From the NCBI GenBank assembly GCA_963723045.1, contig CAVROU010000001.1, forward strand, positions 45,216 through 109,215: a DNA stretch of 64,000 nucleotides, in the 5' to 3' direction. Below are positions 49,710-60,346 of the stretch, one piece after another; positions within the stretch are counted from its first letter, which is position 1; every line of letters starts with the position of its first letter. Both the position numbers and the translations under genes were made by a program. This stretch comes from an uncultured Solirubrobacterales bacterium. Lineage in GTDB: Bacteria; Actinomycetota; Thermoleophilia; Solirubrobacterales; Solirubrobacteraceae. Under the pieces are notes generated by a model. It saw only the letters and a list, made by a program, of their open reading frames with translations, ran no database searches and was not told the DNA's origin.

Positions 49710-50285
49710 TCAGGCGAGATCGTCGCGGAGCTTCTTCAGTGCCCTGTAGATGCGCCCCTCGACGGCGCTCTCGCCCTCGCCGAGCACGCGTGCGACTTCG
49801 TGCAGTTTCAGATCGGCGCCGAAGCGCAGCGCGAGCGCCTCGCGCTCGTCCTCACTGAGTCGGGTGAGCGCGCGCTGCAGCTCGTCGCGGTGCTCCACGG
49901 CGGCGAGCGCGGGGTCTGCTGACTCGGGTGCGCTGCCGGCGCCGACGTGCTGCAGCACGCGGTCCTCGTGGGTCTGACGCCGTGCGTGGTCGCGCAGGAG
50001 GTTCAGTGCGATCGTGTAGAGCCAGCGCCGCTCGCTGCCCTTGCGGGGATCAAAGCGCTGACGTGAGCGCAGTACGCGCTCGAACGTCTCGGAGGTGAGG
50101 TCCTCGGCGAGGGCCCTGTTACCTGTGCGGTAGGCCAGGAAGGAGTAGAGGCGGGCGCCGTGTTCCTCGAACAGCCGCTCAAAGGTGTCGGAGCGCATAC
50201 GCCCACCCATTCTGCCCGTTCTTGGCTTCTCGCCGCTGCGGGCCTTGGCGCTTGTCAGTTCGTGTGCCATCGGTTCGTGGGCCAT
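49710..50285 (-). CDS. ECF RNA polymerase sigma factor
   Basis: AEDLTSETFERV, WLYTIALNLLRDH, region-4 HTH. Confidence 0.93.
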   Translation of the reverse strand: MAHEPMAHELTSAKARSGEKPRTGRMGGRMRSDTFERLFEEHGARLYSFLAYRTGNRALAEDLTSETFERVLRSRQRFDPRKGSERRWLYTIALNLLRDHARRQTHEDRVLQHVGAGSAPESADPALAAVEHRDELQRALTRLSEDEREALALRFGADLKLHEVARVLGEGESAVEGRIYRALKKLRDDLA

Positions 50286-50323
50286 CGGGTTCCCTCCCGT
50301 GGTCTGCTTGGCGGAAACAGCTC

Positions 50324-50353
50324 GGGCTCCGGGGGATCGCCGCCCCGGAGCCC
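50324..50353 (-). terminator. GC-rich hairpin between the Asn-rich gene and the sigma gene
   Basis: GGGCTCCGGGG ... CCCCGGAGCCC. Confidence 0.5.
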
Positions 50354-50426
50354 TTGCCGTTCAGTCAGTGCTGCCTGCTGTGCTGTGTGCTGCTCTAACT
50401 GCCGTGCTTCCTCGTCCTGATGTCCG

Positions 50427-51179
50427 TCAGGAGCAGAGGTTGTAGCTGTGCGTCTCCGTGACGGTCTTGCCGTTGCTCAGCGTCACCGTGACCTTGATCG
50501 TGGTCGTGCCCGTGCCGCAGGGCAGGTTGGTCAGCACGATGTTCGCCGCCGCCGACTTGCCGGTGATCGTCTTGTAGTGCTTGCCGTTGACGCTGACCGT
50601 GACCCGGCGCAGGTGGCCCTTGCGCGGCACCTTCACGTGGATCTTGATCTTGCGGCTGCTCGTCTTGGCCTTGCTGATCGACGTGCCCGCCACGCCGACA
50701 GCGGCGCTGGTTGCCGAGCCGGTGATCGTCACCGTCGAGGAGCTGTAGTTGTTGGTGATGTTGTTGGTGGTGTTGTTGCTGTTGTTGCCGTTGAAGCTGT
50801 TGGTGTTGCAGTTGAAGTTGCCGTTTTCGTTGCCGTTTTCGTTGCCGCTGCCTTCGCCCTTGTTGCCGTTGCCGTTGTGGTTGCCGTTGCCGTTGCCACA
50901 GGCGGTCGAGCTGTACTGGGCCGACGCGGCGTTGCCAGCGGCTCCGCCGGTGCCGCCGGCGGCCAGCACGCCACCGGTACCCGCGGCCATCAGGCCGACG
51001 GTCAGGGCTGCGACGACGAGGCGGCGCGGATTGGCGCGGCCGCCTGTGGCCTTGGCGCGCGACATGGCTGTCGTCTTGATCTGGTCGAGCTCGAGCGGGC
51101 CGGCCTCGGGGCGCTCGCTGCGCAGACGCTGCGCGATGCCCTCCAGGTCCTGCTCGTGCTTCTCGTTCTTGCGCCGCAT
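50427..51179 (-). CDS. Membrane-anchored Asn/Gly-rich protein (anti-sigma-like topology)
   Basis: Charged N-terminal helix, TM segment, GN/NN-rich tract, basic beta-rich C-terminal domain. Confidence 0.7.
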   Translation of the reverse strand: MRRKNEKHEQDLEGIAQRLRSERPEAGPLELDQIKTTAMSRAKATGGRANPRRLVVAALTVGLMAAGTGGVLAAGGTGGAAGNAASAQYSSTACGNGNGNHNGNGNKGEGSGNENGNENGNFNCNTNSFNGNNSNNTTNNITNNYSSSTVTITGSATSAAVGVAGTSISKAKTSSRKIKIHVKVPRKGHLRRVTVSVNGKHYKTITGKSAAANIVLTNLPCGTGTTTIKVTVTLSNGKTVTETHSYNLCS

Positions 51180-51270
51180 TTCGTCTCCTGGTCGTTAGGT
51201 CAGAAAAAGCCTGTTGGAAAACCTGTCGATAGCCCATACGAACGGCGCGGGCTTTTTCCGACAGCCGTGC

Positions 51271-53391
51271 TCAGAGATTCATGATCGAGAACTTCCCCGA
51301 CCTCAGCGCCTGGAGGCGCAGCGCGGGCGCGAGCGCTTCCCACTGGCGCGGGCCGCCCTCGTCGAAGTGCTTCAGGGCCTCTCGCAGCAGTGGCTCCAGC
51401 GTGTTCAGCGCGATTGCCTTACGCGCGGCTGGCCGGGGGTCCTGGCCGGCGGCCGCGCGGGCTACAGCCAGCCAATACCAGTTTTCCCAGCTCTGGCGCT
51501 CGTATTCGGTGGCCTTGCCGATCGCCGCGACCGCGGCGGGGGCGAAGCCCTGCTGCAGGTCGCACACGCCGACGATCGCATAGGCCTGCGGGCGCTCGGC
51601 CGAGAGCGACAGCGAGGACAGCGCTTTGGACTTGGCCGTCTTGCAGTTGCCGGCCTGCAGCGCCCGGCCGCTGCTCTGCAGGCGCGCGTAGGAGGTGCTC
51701 ACGAGCAGCGGCGCCACCGCTAGCACGAGCCAGCCGAGCGCGACCAGCGCGCGAGCGGCGGGAAGTCCGCGCAGGCCGACGCCCGCGTCGAGTGGGCGCG
51801 CCAGTGCGAGGGCGCCGAGCACGAACACGGGCAGCGTGACCGCCGGCATCTGCCAGTCCCAGTCGAGGATCTGATGCAGTGCCCAGGCAAGCGTGAGCGC
51901 GAACAGCGCCGCGTAGATCGCGCGGTCCGGGCCGCGGATGCGCCCGGCGAGGCCCACGAGCAGGCCCCCCACGACGAGCGCGATCAGGGCGCCCCCCACG
52001 AGGCCGAGCTCGGCGAGGCTCTGCAGGTAGAGCGAGTGGGTGTCGGTCACGTAGGACGTTTCGGTGCGGTACTGGGGATAGAACTGCTGGTAGGTCCCCG
52101 CGCCGGTGCCGCGCAGCGGGTGGGCTTCGAAGATGTCGAGCGCCGCCTGCCACAGCGGCAGCCGCCCGTTGTTGGCGGGATCGGTGAGGCGTTCGCGCGT
52201 CTTGACGACGTGCGCCTCCTTGGTGCCATGCACGAATTTGTCGTACTCGCGTCTGGCTTCGCCCGCCGCGCCCAAGGCGAGGGCGAGGATCAGGACGAGT
52301 GCCGCGACGCCCGCGCCGATGCCCAGGCGCACATTGCGCGGGGGCGGGCTTCTCACGAACGGCGCCCTGGCGATGCGCCGGTCGAGCGGCACGAGCAGGA
52401 GACGTACGGCCGCGGCGACGGTCATGCAGACGGCCACGACCACCGCGACGTGGTGGCCCTGGGAGACCGCGAGCGGACTCGTCGCGTTGGTGCTCGCCAG
52501 GGCGGTGGCGTCCCACGCCGAGCGAATCGCCACTGCGGTCGTGGGCACGACGGCGAGCAGCGCCGTGGGGAGCGTATGCAGGCGCGTCAGCAGGCAATAG
52601 GCGACCAGGCCGACAGCCGCCACTCCGAGCGAGCCGCGCGAGAAGGTCAAGAGGAGCGTCGCGCCGACGGCGGGCATCAGCGCGGCGGCGCCGACACGCA
52701 CGCCCCAATGCTCGGCCGGGTCCGCCGTCAGGTGCAGGCCGAGGATCAGCGCCATCGCCGCGACCATCCCCTCGGCGTTCCAGTAGGTCAGCGGGTAGTT
52801 CAGGCGTTCGGCGAAGAACTCCCCGCTCGTGGGCCACGTGTGGGGGAGCAGGCGGCTCGTCAGGCCGATCAGGCAGATCGCCGCCAGGGCGAGCAGCACG
52901 GCGCGAATCAGCCAGCTCATTCGCGTGCGCGTGTAGCGGATGGCGCCGAAGAGGGTCAGGGCGAGGACGTAGAGGAGTGTTCGATCGTAGGCGTCGAGGC
53001 TGCGCGCCGTTGCGTGCGACCACAGGGTCGAGGCGAGTTGCCAGGCGGCGTAGAGGGTCAGGGCGGCGAGGGGGACCGCGAGCGTGCGGCTGAAGCCCTC
53101 GAAGGGGCGCTCGGCCATCGTGGTCCGCAGGACGAGGGCCTGGGCTAGGACTATGGCGACGATCCCGGGGGCGCTCGGGAAATAGCCGCCCGCGTTGAAG
53201 GCGAGGTAGAGGATCGCTGCCGGGGCCAGGAGGATCAGGGCCGCGAGGCCGACGCGCTCCAGCGGCTCGCGCCGCTCCGCGGTGGTGGCCGGGGCTGGAG
53301 TCTGGTGCGAGGGCGCCGAGCTTGTGCCGAGCGCTTGCGTGGACACGGTGGGTGAGGGTACTCCTGTGGGGCCGCCCTGGGTCTGCCCCAC
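51271..53391 (-). CDS. O-antigen ligase/polymerase family protein with TPR-like tail
   Basis: PLTYWNA, TFSRGS, GRLPLWQAA...PLRGTGAGTY, HSLYLQSLAELGLVG. Confidence 0.9.
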   Translation of the reverse strand: MGQTQGGPTGVPSPTVSTQALGTSSAPSHQTPAPATTAERREPLERVGLAALILLAPAAILYLAFNAGGYFPSAPGIVAIVLAQALVLRTTMAERPFEGFSRTLAVPLAALTLYAAWQLASTLWSHATARSLDAYDRTLLYVLALTLFGAIRYTRTRMSWLIRAVLLALAAICLIGLTSRLLPHTWPTSGEFFAERLNYPLTYWNAEGMVAAMALILGLHLTADPAEHWGVRVGAAALMPAVGATLLLTFSRGSLGVAAVGLVAYCLLTRLHTLPTALLAVVPTTAVAIRSAWDATALASTNATSPLAVSQGHHVAVVVAVCMTVAAAVRLLLVPLDRRIARAPFVRSPPPRNVRLGIGAGVAALVLILALALGAAGEARREYDKFVHGTKEAHVVKTRERLTDPANNGRLPLWQAALDIFEAHPLRGTGAGTYQQFYPQYRTETSYVTDTHSLYLQSLAELGLVGGALIALVVGGLLVGLAGRIRGPDRAIYAALFALTLAWALHQILDWDWQMPAVTLPVFVLGALALARPLDAGVGLRGLPAARALVALGWLVLAVAPLLVSTSYARLQSSGRALQAGNCKTAKSKALSSLSLSAERPQAYAIVGVCDLQQGFAPAAVAAIGKATEYERQSWENWYWLAVARAAAGQDPRPAARKAIALNTLEPLLREALKHFDEGGPRQWEALAPALRLQALRSGKFSIMNL

Positions 53392-53432
53392 GGCGCCGAC
53401 GGGGCGCCCTCGGCAGCTTTGGCGGGGCTTTC

Positions 53433-54827
53433 TCAGAGCACCTTATGCAGCGGATACAGGTTCAGGAAGCCGTACATCAGCGCCACCGACCAGCCCAGCG
53501 TGGCCGCAAGGGGCATTCGCCTGGGGCTGAAGAGACGAGCGGCGACGATGTAGACGCCGGGCATCACCACCACCATGTAGTAGAGGTAGCTGATGCGTCC
53601 CGTCGCGAGGCTGTCCGCGGCGAAAGGGATGAAAGTGCCCAGGCACCAGCACGCTCCGAGCGCGGCGACTCCGTCACCCTTACGCCAGGTTGCTGCGAGC
53701 GCCGCGAACAGCGCGGGGATCGCCATGAAGATGATGAAGGGGTTGATCGCGCCCTGGAAGGCTACGGTCGCGCGGCTGGTGACGACGTGGCCGTTGACGA
53801 TCGAGTTGACGGCCACCTTCGCGTAGTTGATGGTCCGCTCGTTCAGCAGCCACTGCCACGGGGTCGAGGAGATTCCCACTTCGCCGGGCTTCATTGTGAG
53901 CAGTTGGGCGTAGTGGTAGATGTGCAGCAGGTGCGTGAACGGGCTGCCGGCGTAGGTGACGTGGTGGACTGGGTCGTATGCCGGGACGAGTATGTCCAGG
54001 AGCCAGAGGAGGCCGAGGAAGCTGGCGGCCGAGGCGGCGAGGAAGATCAGCAGGGCTCTCCAGCCGCAACCCACCTCGCCCGCGGGCAGCGTCGCGGTGG
54101 TCCATCGGGTCCAGCCCGCGCGTGCGTAGCGCAGCGCCTCGAGCAGGATCACGACGAATACCAGATACAGCGCTACTTCCTTCATGCACCCGCCGATGCC
54201 GAGGGCGATCCCTGCGAGGAGCGGGTGTCGGCGCATGTATAGGGCTGCCGCCACGAGCATCATCGCGACCGCGTAGATGTCGAGTGTGGCGATTCGCCCG
54301 TGCACGAGCAGGAGGTTGTCCAGGGCCATCACCGAGACCGTCCCGAGGGCGAGCCAGGCGCTGCCGCCGGCGGCCTGCACCAGCAGGTAGAGCGCGACCA
54401 TCGCGATCAGCCCGAAGAGGACGCTTCCGATGCGCCAGCCGCGAGGGTTGTCGCCGAACAGCTCGATTCCCCCGGCGATCGCCAGCTTGGCGAGCTGGGG
54501 GTGCTCTGCGTTCGGGTCCTCGTGCTTGGGGGCGCCGTGATAGGGGACCCCGACGGGCGGTTCGATGCCGTCGATCACTCGCGCCGCGTTGACGTAGTAG
54601 CTCTCGTCGAAGATCAGCGTGTGGCTGGAGCTTGCCTTGCAGGGGGGGGTGCAGGGCTGGCCTAGGTCGAGGACGCGCGCGTAGAGGGACAGGACCAGGA
54701 TCGCGCAGAGGAGGACTGTGGGGGCGAGAGGGTCCGCGAGGAGACGGCGGGTTAGGGCGTAGGCTCGGGAGGCCACGGCGCGCAGGCTTGAGGCTGCGGC
54801 TCGAAGCCGGCGCGTGGGGGGGTGCAT
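53433..54827 (-). CDS. PMT/GT39-like mannosyltransferase
   Basis: IFDESYYV, EHPQLAKL, GWRIGS, RIATLD, STPWQW. Confidence 0.88.
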   Translation of the reverse strand: MHPPTRRLRAAASSLRAVASRAYALTRRLLADPLAPTVLLCAILVLSLYARVLDLGQPCTPPCKASSSHTLIFDESYYVNAARVIDGIEPPVGVPYHGAPKHEDPNAEHPQLAKLAIAGGIELFGDNPRGWRIGSVLFGLIAMVALYLLVQAAGGSAWLALGTVSVMALDNLLLVHGRIATLDIYAVAMMLVAAALYMRRHPLLAGIALGIGGCMKEVALYLVFVVILLEALRYARAGWTRWTTATLPAGEVGCGWRALLIFLAASAASFLGLLWLLDILVPAYDPVHHVTYAGSPFTHLLHIYHYAQLLTMKPGEVGISSTPWQWLLNERTINYAKVAVNSIVNGHVVTSRATVAFQGAINPFIIFMAIPALFAALAATWRKGDGVAALGACWCLGTFIPFAADSLATGRISYLYYMVVVMPGVYIVAARLFSPRRMPLAATLGWSVALMYGFLNLYPLHKVL

Positions 54828-54905
54828 CGCGCGGAGGGTATCTCAGGGGCAGGTGGGACGATTCAGCGGCGTTCCGATACGCGGTGGATCGGCTAGGCAG
54901 CGCGC

Positions 54906-56975
54906 TCAGCCGTGGCGCTTCTTTGCCTTCCTCGGCTTCGGCTTCTTCCTGCGGACGCACCTGGCGCCCTTCTTTACGTAGCCCTTCTTGCATTTCAAGG
55001 GCAGCGGGCCGTAGTGCACCGACGGGAAGACTGGGGTCGGCACAAGCAGCGGCGTTGAGGGAACCGTGATGCTCTGGGGGAACAGAGCGGTGGCAAAGGT
55101 CTCGTCGGGGCTGGCGGTGGTGCCCGCGGCGCTGGTGGCCAGCAGGCGGTAGTGATAGACGGTGCCCGGCCGGAGGTTCGTGAAGCTGGCAGTGACGGCT
55201 CTGGATTCGGGTTCTCCGGCGAGGTTGCCGAAGACCCGGGTTTGGTAGGCGCCTTCTGCCGCGCCCAGTTCGAAGGCATAGGTGGTGGAGACGCCTTCCG
55301 GGCCGATGACTCCGGAGAGGGTCGCCCCGGTCTGGGTGATAGCTGTCACGGCGTTGACGCTGACCGTTGGGCGGGCGGTCGGGGGTGGGGCGACGGTAGG
55401 CGTGGTGAAGGTCTGGTCGGGGCTCGCCGCGACTTCATTTGAGGCGTTTTCGGCCACCATCCGATAGTGGTAGACCGTGCCTGGCTTGAGATTCACCGGG
55501 GCGGCGGCCTGTTCGACGGCGATGGGCGCTCCGCCAATGCCGATGCCGATGTCGGGCAGCGCCTGGCTGTAGCCGGTGGTCTCGCCGTATTCGAAGCGGT
55601 AGTGGACGGTTTCGTTCCTGGGGTTCACCTGGCCGCGGAAGACGACGCTGGTGTCTGTGATTTCCGTGGCTTCGGCCGCCGAGATTTCTGGGGGGGCTTT
55701 GAGCGTCGTGAAGGCGCCTTCTTCGACGCTGTCGTTGGCGAGGCTCGAGCTGTTGGTGCCGACCAGCCGGTAGTGGTAGATGGTGTTGGGCTGCAGCCCG
55801 GTCAATACCGTGGTGGCCGGGACGTATGCGTCGCCTTCACCGGCGCCCGTGCCGGGCGGAGCGGGGCTTGTGGAGCCGGAGGCCGTGGTCGTGCCGTATT
55901 CGAAGTAGTAACTGGCTGCGCTGGTTTCGTCGGGGTCGATTTCGCCGTGCAGGGTCGCGCCGGTGCGCCCGAGTCCGGTCGCTTCGCCTGTGAGTCGCAC
56001 GTCGGGTACGGTGACCGGCGGGCCGAAGACGTGCACGTTGTGCGCTTCGATGTCCGATACGAACACGTCGTGGCTCGTTTCGCTCGCCGCCACGCCCACG
56101 GAGTTGAGGCCCGGAATGCTGAGGGTGTTGAACTGGGTCCCGAGCGAGTCGTATGCGGCGATGGACGAGCGATGGGCGACATATACGTCGTGTAGTCCCT
56201 GGTCGACCCCGACCGCAAACGATGTGGCTCCATCGAGAATCGATTCGGACTGAACTTCTCCGAGTCCGTTGAGCTTCAGCGCCGCCACTCCCGACTGGTA
56301 GTTCTGAACGTAGAGATCGGCGCCTGTGTCCACCGCCAGGCCGCTGGGGCCTTCCCCGGCGATATCGGGCCACTGTTCGTGGGAGATCTGCCTGACGCCG
56401 ACACCGTTGGTGTTGAACTCATCGATCTCGCCATGACCGAAGTCGGACACGTACACGTTCCCGTTGCTGTCCACGGCGATTCCATCTGGTTCCCTAAACG
56501 CCTGTTCAACAGACCCTGTTGCCGGAGAGCACGCTTCCTGGCCTGCTCCATACCAGCCCGTGAACTGGCACACATATTTGTATTCATTTGAACCATTGAG
56601 TTTGAACTCATCGACAACACCATGGTCGATGTCCGCTACGTAGACGGCGTGATTGGATTTGTCGACCGCGACTCCGGCAGGTTCTTCAGTGCTGAAGTTG
56701 AACGACCCGTTCGGTGTTTCTTCTTTGGGGAGGGGTTCCGCAAGCGTATATGTCGAGCCGCTTGGTTTGTACTCCTTCACAGCTCCGTCTCCGCCGTTGT
56801 TTTCAGAGACGAACACATTCCCGTTGGACTGATCGACAGCGACAGCATTGGGGTGCGCAAGCGAGCCGAACGAGAAGAGCAGTTCCTGCTTGACTGCGGC
56901 GCCAGCCGGCGCCGCGCCTAACGCGGCTACGCCGAGTATCGCCAGCGCGGTCGATATCGATCTGCGCGCGTTCAT
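54906..56975 (-). CDS. Secreted NHL-repeat plus 3x FN3-like protein with Lys-rich tail
   Basis: P.GVAVD repeats; Y.FEYG.T...L.P.T.YHYRL three times; tail KCKKGYVKKGARCVRRKKPK. Confidence 0.85.
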   Translation of the reverse strand: MNARRSISTALAILGVAALGAAPAGAAVKQELLFSFGSLAHPNAVAVDQSNGNVFVSENNGGDGAVKEYKPSGSTYTLAEPLPKEETPNGSFNFSTEEPAGVAVDKSNHAVYVADIDHGVVDEFKLNGSNEYKYVCQFTGWYGAGQEACSPATGSVEQAFREPDGIAVDSNGNVYVSDFGHGEIDEFNTNGVGVRQISHEQWPDIAGEGPSGLAVDTGADLYVQNYQSGVAALKLNGLGEVQSESILDGATSFAVGVDQGLHDVYVAHRSSIAAYDSLGTQFNTLSIPGLNSVGVAASETSHDVFVSDIEAHNVHVFGPPVTVPDVRLTGEATGLGRTGATLHGEIDPDETSAASYYFEYGTTTASGSTSPAPPGTGAGEGDAYVPATTVLTGLQPNTIYHYRLVGTNSSSLANDSVEEGAFTTLKAPPEISAAEATEITDTSVVFRGQVNPRNETVHYRFEYGETTGYSQALPDIGIGIGGAPIAVEQAAAPVNLKPGTVYHYRMVAENASNEVAASPDQTFTTPTVAPPPTARPTVSVNAVTAITQTGATLSGVIGPEGVSTTYAFELGAAEGAYQTRVFGNLAGEPESRAVTASFTNLRPGTVYHYRLLATSAAGTTASPDETFATALFPQSITVPSTPLLVPTPVFPSVHYGPLPLKCKKGYVKKGARCVRRKKPKPRKAKKRHG

Positions 56976-59900
56976 CGCTGGCTCCCGGTCCGACCGTGGT
57001 CGAGGACCGTGAGGTCGGCCTTCCCAGCTTTCTTCGCCTTGGGCTTGGGGCAGCCGCTGACGGCGATCCTGGTGCTCTGCTTGATCTGCGCGCCGTTCTG
57101 CCCGGTGATCGTCGTGGGCATCGTGAGCGTCGTGCCGCAGAGGCTGCCCTTCGCACTGGCCGGCAGCGTCGCCGTGAGCGCCGAGTGCGGTCCCTCGGGC
57201 AGGCTCAGTTCGAAGCTCGTGAGCGGCGCGTCGGGGATGTTCGCGAACGTGCTGCTCGTGATCCCGCTCCTGGAGATGAAGATCGACGCCGTCTGCTGGA
57301 CGCTCACGTTGTCGCCCTGGAGGATCAGCACGAGGTCGGGGAATGCAGCGCCGCCGTGAGACACCAGATACACCGGACCGCTCAACGGCACGGGTAAGAC
57401 CGGTGTCGTGACCTTCGCGATCCCGATCAGCGAGGCCACGGGACACGTCGCGGGGTTCGCTTCGAACATGGCTGCCGGACACGCCTTCTGGATCGTCGTC
57501 AGGCGCGAGGGCAGCTGCCTGGGCAGCGACACGGCGACCGATCTGCTGTTCGCCTGGTCCTGCTTGAAGGCGAGCTTCGCGACCAGGCTCGCCCCGTTGG
57601 CCTTGGAGGTCCTCGCCTGGGTCGAGACGGTGAGCTTCGGGCTGAACGGGAGGTTTCTGCAGCCCGCGGCCGCGAACGGGCTCGACACGTGCGCCGTCGC
57701 GCCGAGCGAGCCGGCGACGGTCGCGGTGACCTGATGCGCTTCGCAGTTGGTTGGGTTGAAAGTGAACCCGGGCCGGTTGACGTCCACGTTGACCGTCTGG
57801 ATGCGCAGCGGGATCCCGTCGACGATCTGCGGCAGCGGGTCGCTCGTGACGGTCAGGACGCTGGTGTCGGGATCGACGCTGATCGCCGCGCGCACGACGA
57901 CGTCGCTGAGGTTGAACGGCCCCGCCCTGGCCGGCACGACGATGCTCAGGCCGAACGGCGCACCCCCGTATCCCGTGGTCAGGTACACGCGCCCGGTGAT
58001 CCAGAAGGGGTGCGTGCCCGGTCCCGCGGCAACAGTCGTCATGCCGATTTCACTCGCCGACGAGCACGTCCCCGCGGCGGCCTGGGGTTCGCCGCACAGC
58101 GTCACGCTCGAGAGCATCCCCAGCAGGCCGGGAGGCATCGTCACACTCAGCCGCGAGAGATACTGCTGGCGATCGCCGCGCGAGAGCGTGAATGTGAACG
58201 GGCTGAACGCGCCCGCGGCCGGTGAGACGGTTCCCGCCGAGACGGTGGGCGTCAGCGGCGGGCTGGCGGGGCAGGGGGTTTCGGCGCCGCCCCTTCCGTC
58301 CCAGTCGACCGCGAACGAGGAGGCCGGCGTCCCGTCGGGCGTGAACGGGCTGCTCCACGGCGAGAGGTCCGTCGTCGTCGTGGCGACCCCGCACGCGAGC
58401 GGGTTGGCGAGCGACGCCCGCGGCCCGCCGTCGAGGTGCAGCGCGATCCTGCCGACCGGCAGCTGCGGGTTTTCCGTGAACGTCGCCGTCAGCTGGCCCG
58501 TGGAGCTGTTCAGGGACACGCTGCCCGGGAGCTTCACAACGACCCCCGAGCCGGCGGCTTCCAGGTAGACGTGGACGAGATTGCCGTCGGCGGCGTCCGC
58601 TTCGGTGCACCCCGCCTGGCCCTCCCCTCCGCAGCCCGGCTGGCCCAGAAACACGTGGCCCTCCAGCGGGCTTCCGAGCAGCGGCGTCGTGAGTTCAACC
58701 GTGCCGACCGTCGAGGCGCTCGGGCAGTGGCCCGCCGCCAGGTGCGCAAATCCGTCCGGTCCGATCGTTTCGCCTTCGCCCACTTCTTCCCCGACTCTTT
58801 CCCTGACCCCCGCCGCGTTTTCGCCGCTGGTGTAGGCGCCGGTCGGGATGTCGATCCCGTGCGGGCCGGTCGCTTCGCAGGCATCGAGACCGTCGGCCGC
58901 CGCGGGCGAGACCGACACCCCGGGGGGCAGCGTCACGGTCGCGTCCTTAAGCTCGGGAGTACCGGGGGAGAACGAGCTTTCGTTCTGCGGTATTTCGATT
59001 TCAAAGCCGTACCCCGACGGCTCGTCCGCCCGCGTGGTTTCGGGCTGGACGTTCAGGGTCGGCTGGAACTGCAGCATTTCGCAACCCAGCAGCTGGGGGA
59101 ACGCAGACGTCTGCCTCGAGTAGTAGACTCCGGGGTGCTGCCACGTGTCCACTTCAATCCTCGCCGGCGAGGAGCCGCCCGCGCAGTCAACCGGGTTGGT
59201 GAAGAACGGCGCGGACGACCCGTCGCCGCCACTGTGCTGGCCCGGCTCGCCGAACAGCGTCAGCGCGGTGCCTATCGTGTGGAGTTCGGGGATCCCCGGC
59301 ACCGTGACCTGCAGGCTGTACGTGGAGCCGAGGCGCACGGCGCGGGCGTAGATGAAGACGGGCGACCCCAGATACGTGAACCCGAACTCGGCCTGATAGC
59401 CGGCCTCCGGCGTCAGGTTGTATACAGCCGATGTTTCGCTTCCAGCTCCTTCTGACGCGCGGAATCGGCCAGGATATGCCTCGAACACGATCGTCCCGAC
59501 CCTGCTGCTGGGCTGGCAGCCCGTTTCAGCCGTGGTCTTCAGGAGGGCGTGTAGCGAGCAGCGGGGAGCGGTCTGCGGGTCGCCCAGGAAACCCAACGGC
59601 AGGTCTACCACAATGTCCCTGATTTCCTCGGGCGTATGGTTCTGCACTCCTTCGGTGGTCACCTGGTTGTCGGTATTGAGATCGAAGGTCGTGGTGAGCG
59701 CGTAGGGGTGCCCGCCCGCCTGCACATCCGGCGTTCCATCCACATTCAGAGGCTGCAGGCCAAAGTCCTTGATCCCGAATCCCGCCTGTGTTTCTCGCAG
59801 AGGCGTCTGTTCACTCGTCGCTGCTGCGGGCGCTCCACCACCCGACACCGACGCCGAATTTCCCACGCAACGGGAAGGGGCTCCTTCTTCTTTGCATTCG

Positions 59901-60346
59901 CCGCCCGCGGCACCAGGTTCAACGGCGACATCGATCGTTACGCGCAGCGTATCGCCGATGGGTACTTCCGCGTCGTCCACGCACTGCAGAGGCCCTGCTG
60001 GTGGCATGGTGCAACTAAAGTTTTCCGAAAGGTGAGTGCGGAGGTCTTCGCCTCCTATGTGCACGGCGTTCACGCCGGGTGCCGGGATATCGGAGATGAC
60101 GATGGGAGCTTTCCCTCCCCCATTTGTTGCTGATGTGTTTCCTACATTCGTCACTAGTAGTGTGTAGCTGTCGCCGCTGTTCGCCGCAGAGAAGTCGGTG
60201 GGCTGCGCCAGCGAGCGAATCGTCCACGCCGGAGCTTCGTGGGAGGCGGCTGCGCTCGGAGCGAGGCCGGCCAGGGTCGCCGGTAGCACGAGGCCTGTGA
60301 GCAGCAGTGCGACTCGGGCCCAGATTCTCGTGATTCTCGTCGTCAT
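56972..60346 (-). CDS. Large secreted repeat protein (~1124 aa) of unknown function
   Basis: Signal peptide; internal repeats C..L.F.P and CP.AS.(V/I)G; ATGA-coupled at both ends. Confidence 0.85.
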   Translation of the reverse strand: MTTRITRIWARVALLLTGLVLPATLAGLAPSAAASHEAPAWTIRSLAQPTDFSAANSGDSYTLLVTNVGNTSATNGGGKAPIVISDIPAPGVNAVHIGGEDLRTHLSENFSCTMPPAGPLQCVDDAEVPIGDTLRVTIDVAVEPGAAGGECKEEGAPSRCVGNSASVSGGGAPAAATSEQTPLRETQAGFGIKDFGLQPLNVDGTPDVQAGGHPYALTTTFDLNTDNQVTTEGVQNHTPEEIRDIVVDLPLGFLGDPQTAPRCSLHALLKTTAETGCQPSSRVGTIVFEAYPGRFRASEGAGSETSAVYNLTPEAGYQAEFGFTYLGSPVFIYARAVRLGSTYSLQVTVPGIPELHTIGTALTLFGEPGQHSGGDGSSAPFFTNPVDCAGGSSPARIEVDTWQHPGVYYSRQTSAFPQLLGCEMLQFQPTLNVQPETTRADEPSGYGFEIEIPQNESSFSPGTPELKDATVTLPPGVSVSPAAADGLDACEATGPHGIDIPTGAYTSGENAAGVRERVGEEVGEGETIGPDGFAHLAAGHCPSASTVGTVELTTPLLGSPLEGHVFLGQPGCGGEGQAGCTEADAADGNLVHVYLEAAGSGVVVKLPGSVSLNSSTGQLTATFTENPQLPVGRIALHLDGGPRASLANPLACGVATTTTDLSPWSSPFTPDGTPASSFAVDWDGRGGAETPCPASPPLTPTVSAGTVSPAAGAFSPFTFTLSRGDRQQYLSRLSVTMPPGLLGMLSSVTLCGEPQAAAGTCSSASEIGMTTVAAGPGTHPFWITGRVYLTTGYGGAPFGLSIVVPARAGPFNLSDVVVRAAISVDPDTSVLTVTSDPLPQIVDGIPLRIQTVNVDVNRPGFTFNPTNCEAHQVTATVAGSLGATAHVSSPFAAAGCRNLPFSPKLTVSTQARTSKANGASLVAKLAFKQDQANSRSVAVSLPRQLPSRLTTIQKACPAAMFEANPATCPVASLIGIAKVTTPVLPVPLSGPVYLVSHGGAAFPDLVLILQGDNVSVQQTASIFISRSGITSSTFANIPDAPLTSFELSLPEGPHSALTATLPASAKGSLCGTTLTMPTTITGQNGAQIKQSTRIAVSGCPKPKAKKAGKADLTVLDHGRTGSQR

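Noticed and set aside
56976-57482. N-terminal extensions of ORFs 54906-57482, 56972-60574, 33342-34016 and 15407-17809
   Set aside because: The first three overlap upstream genes; signal peptides, coupled starts or domain boundaries point to later starts
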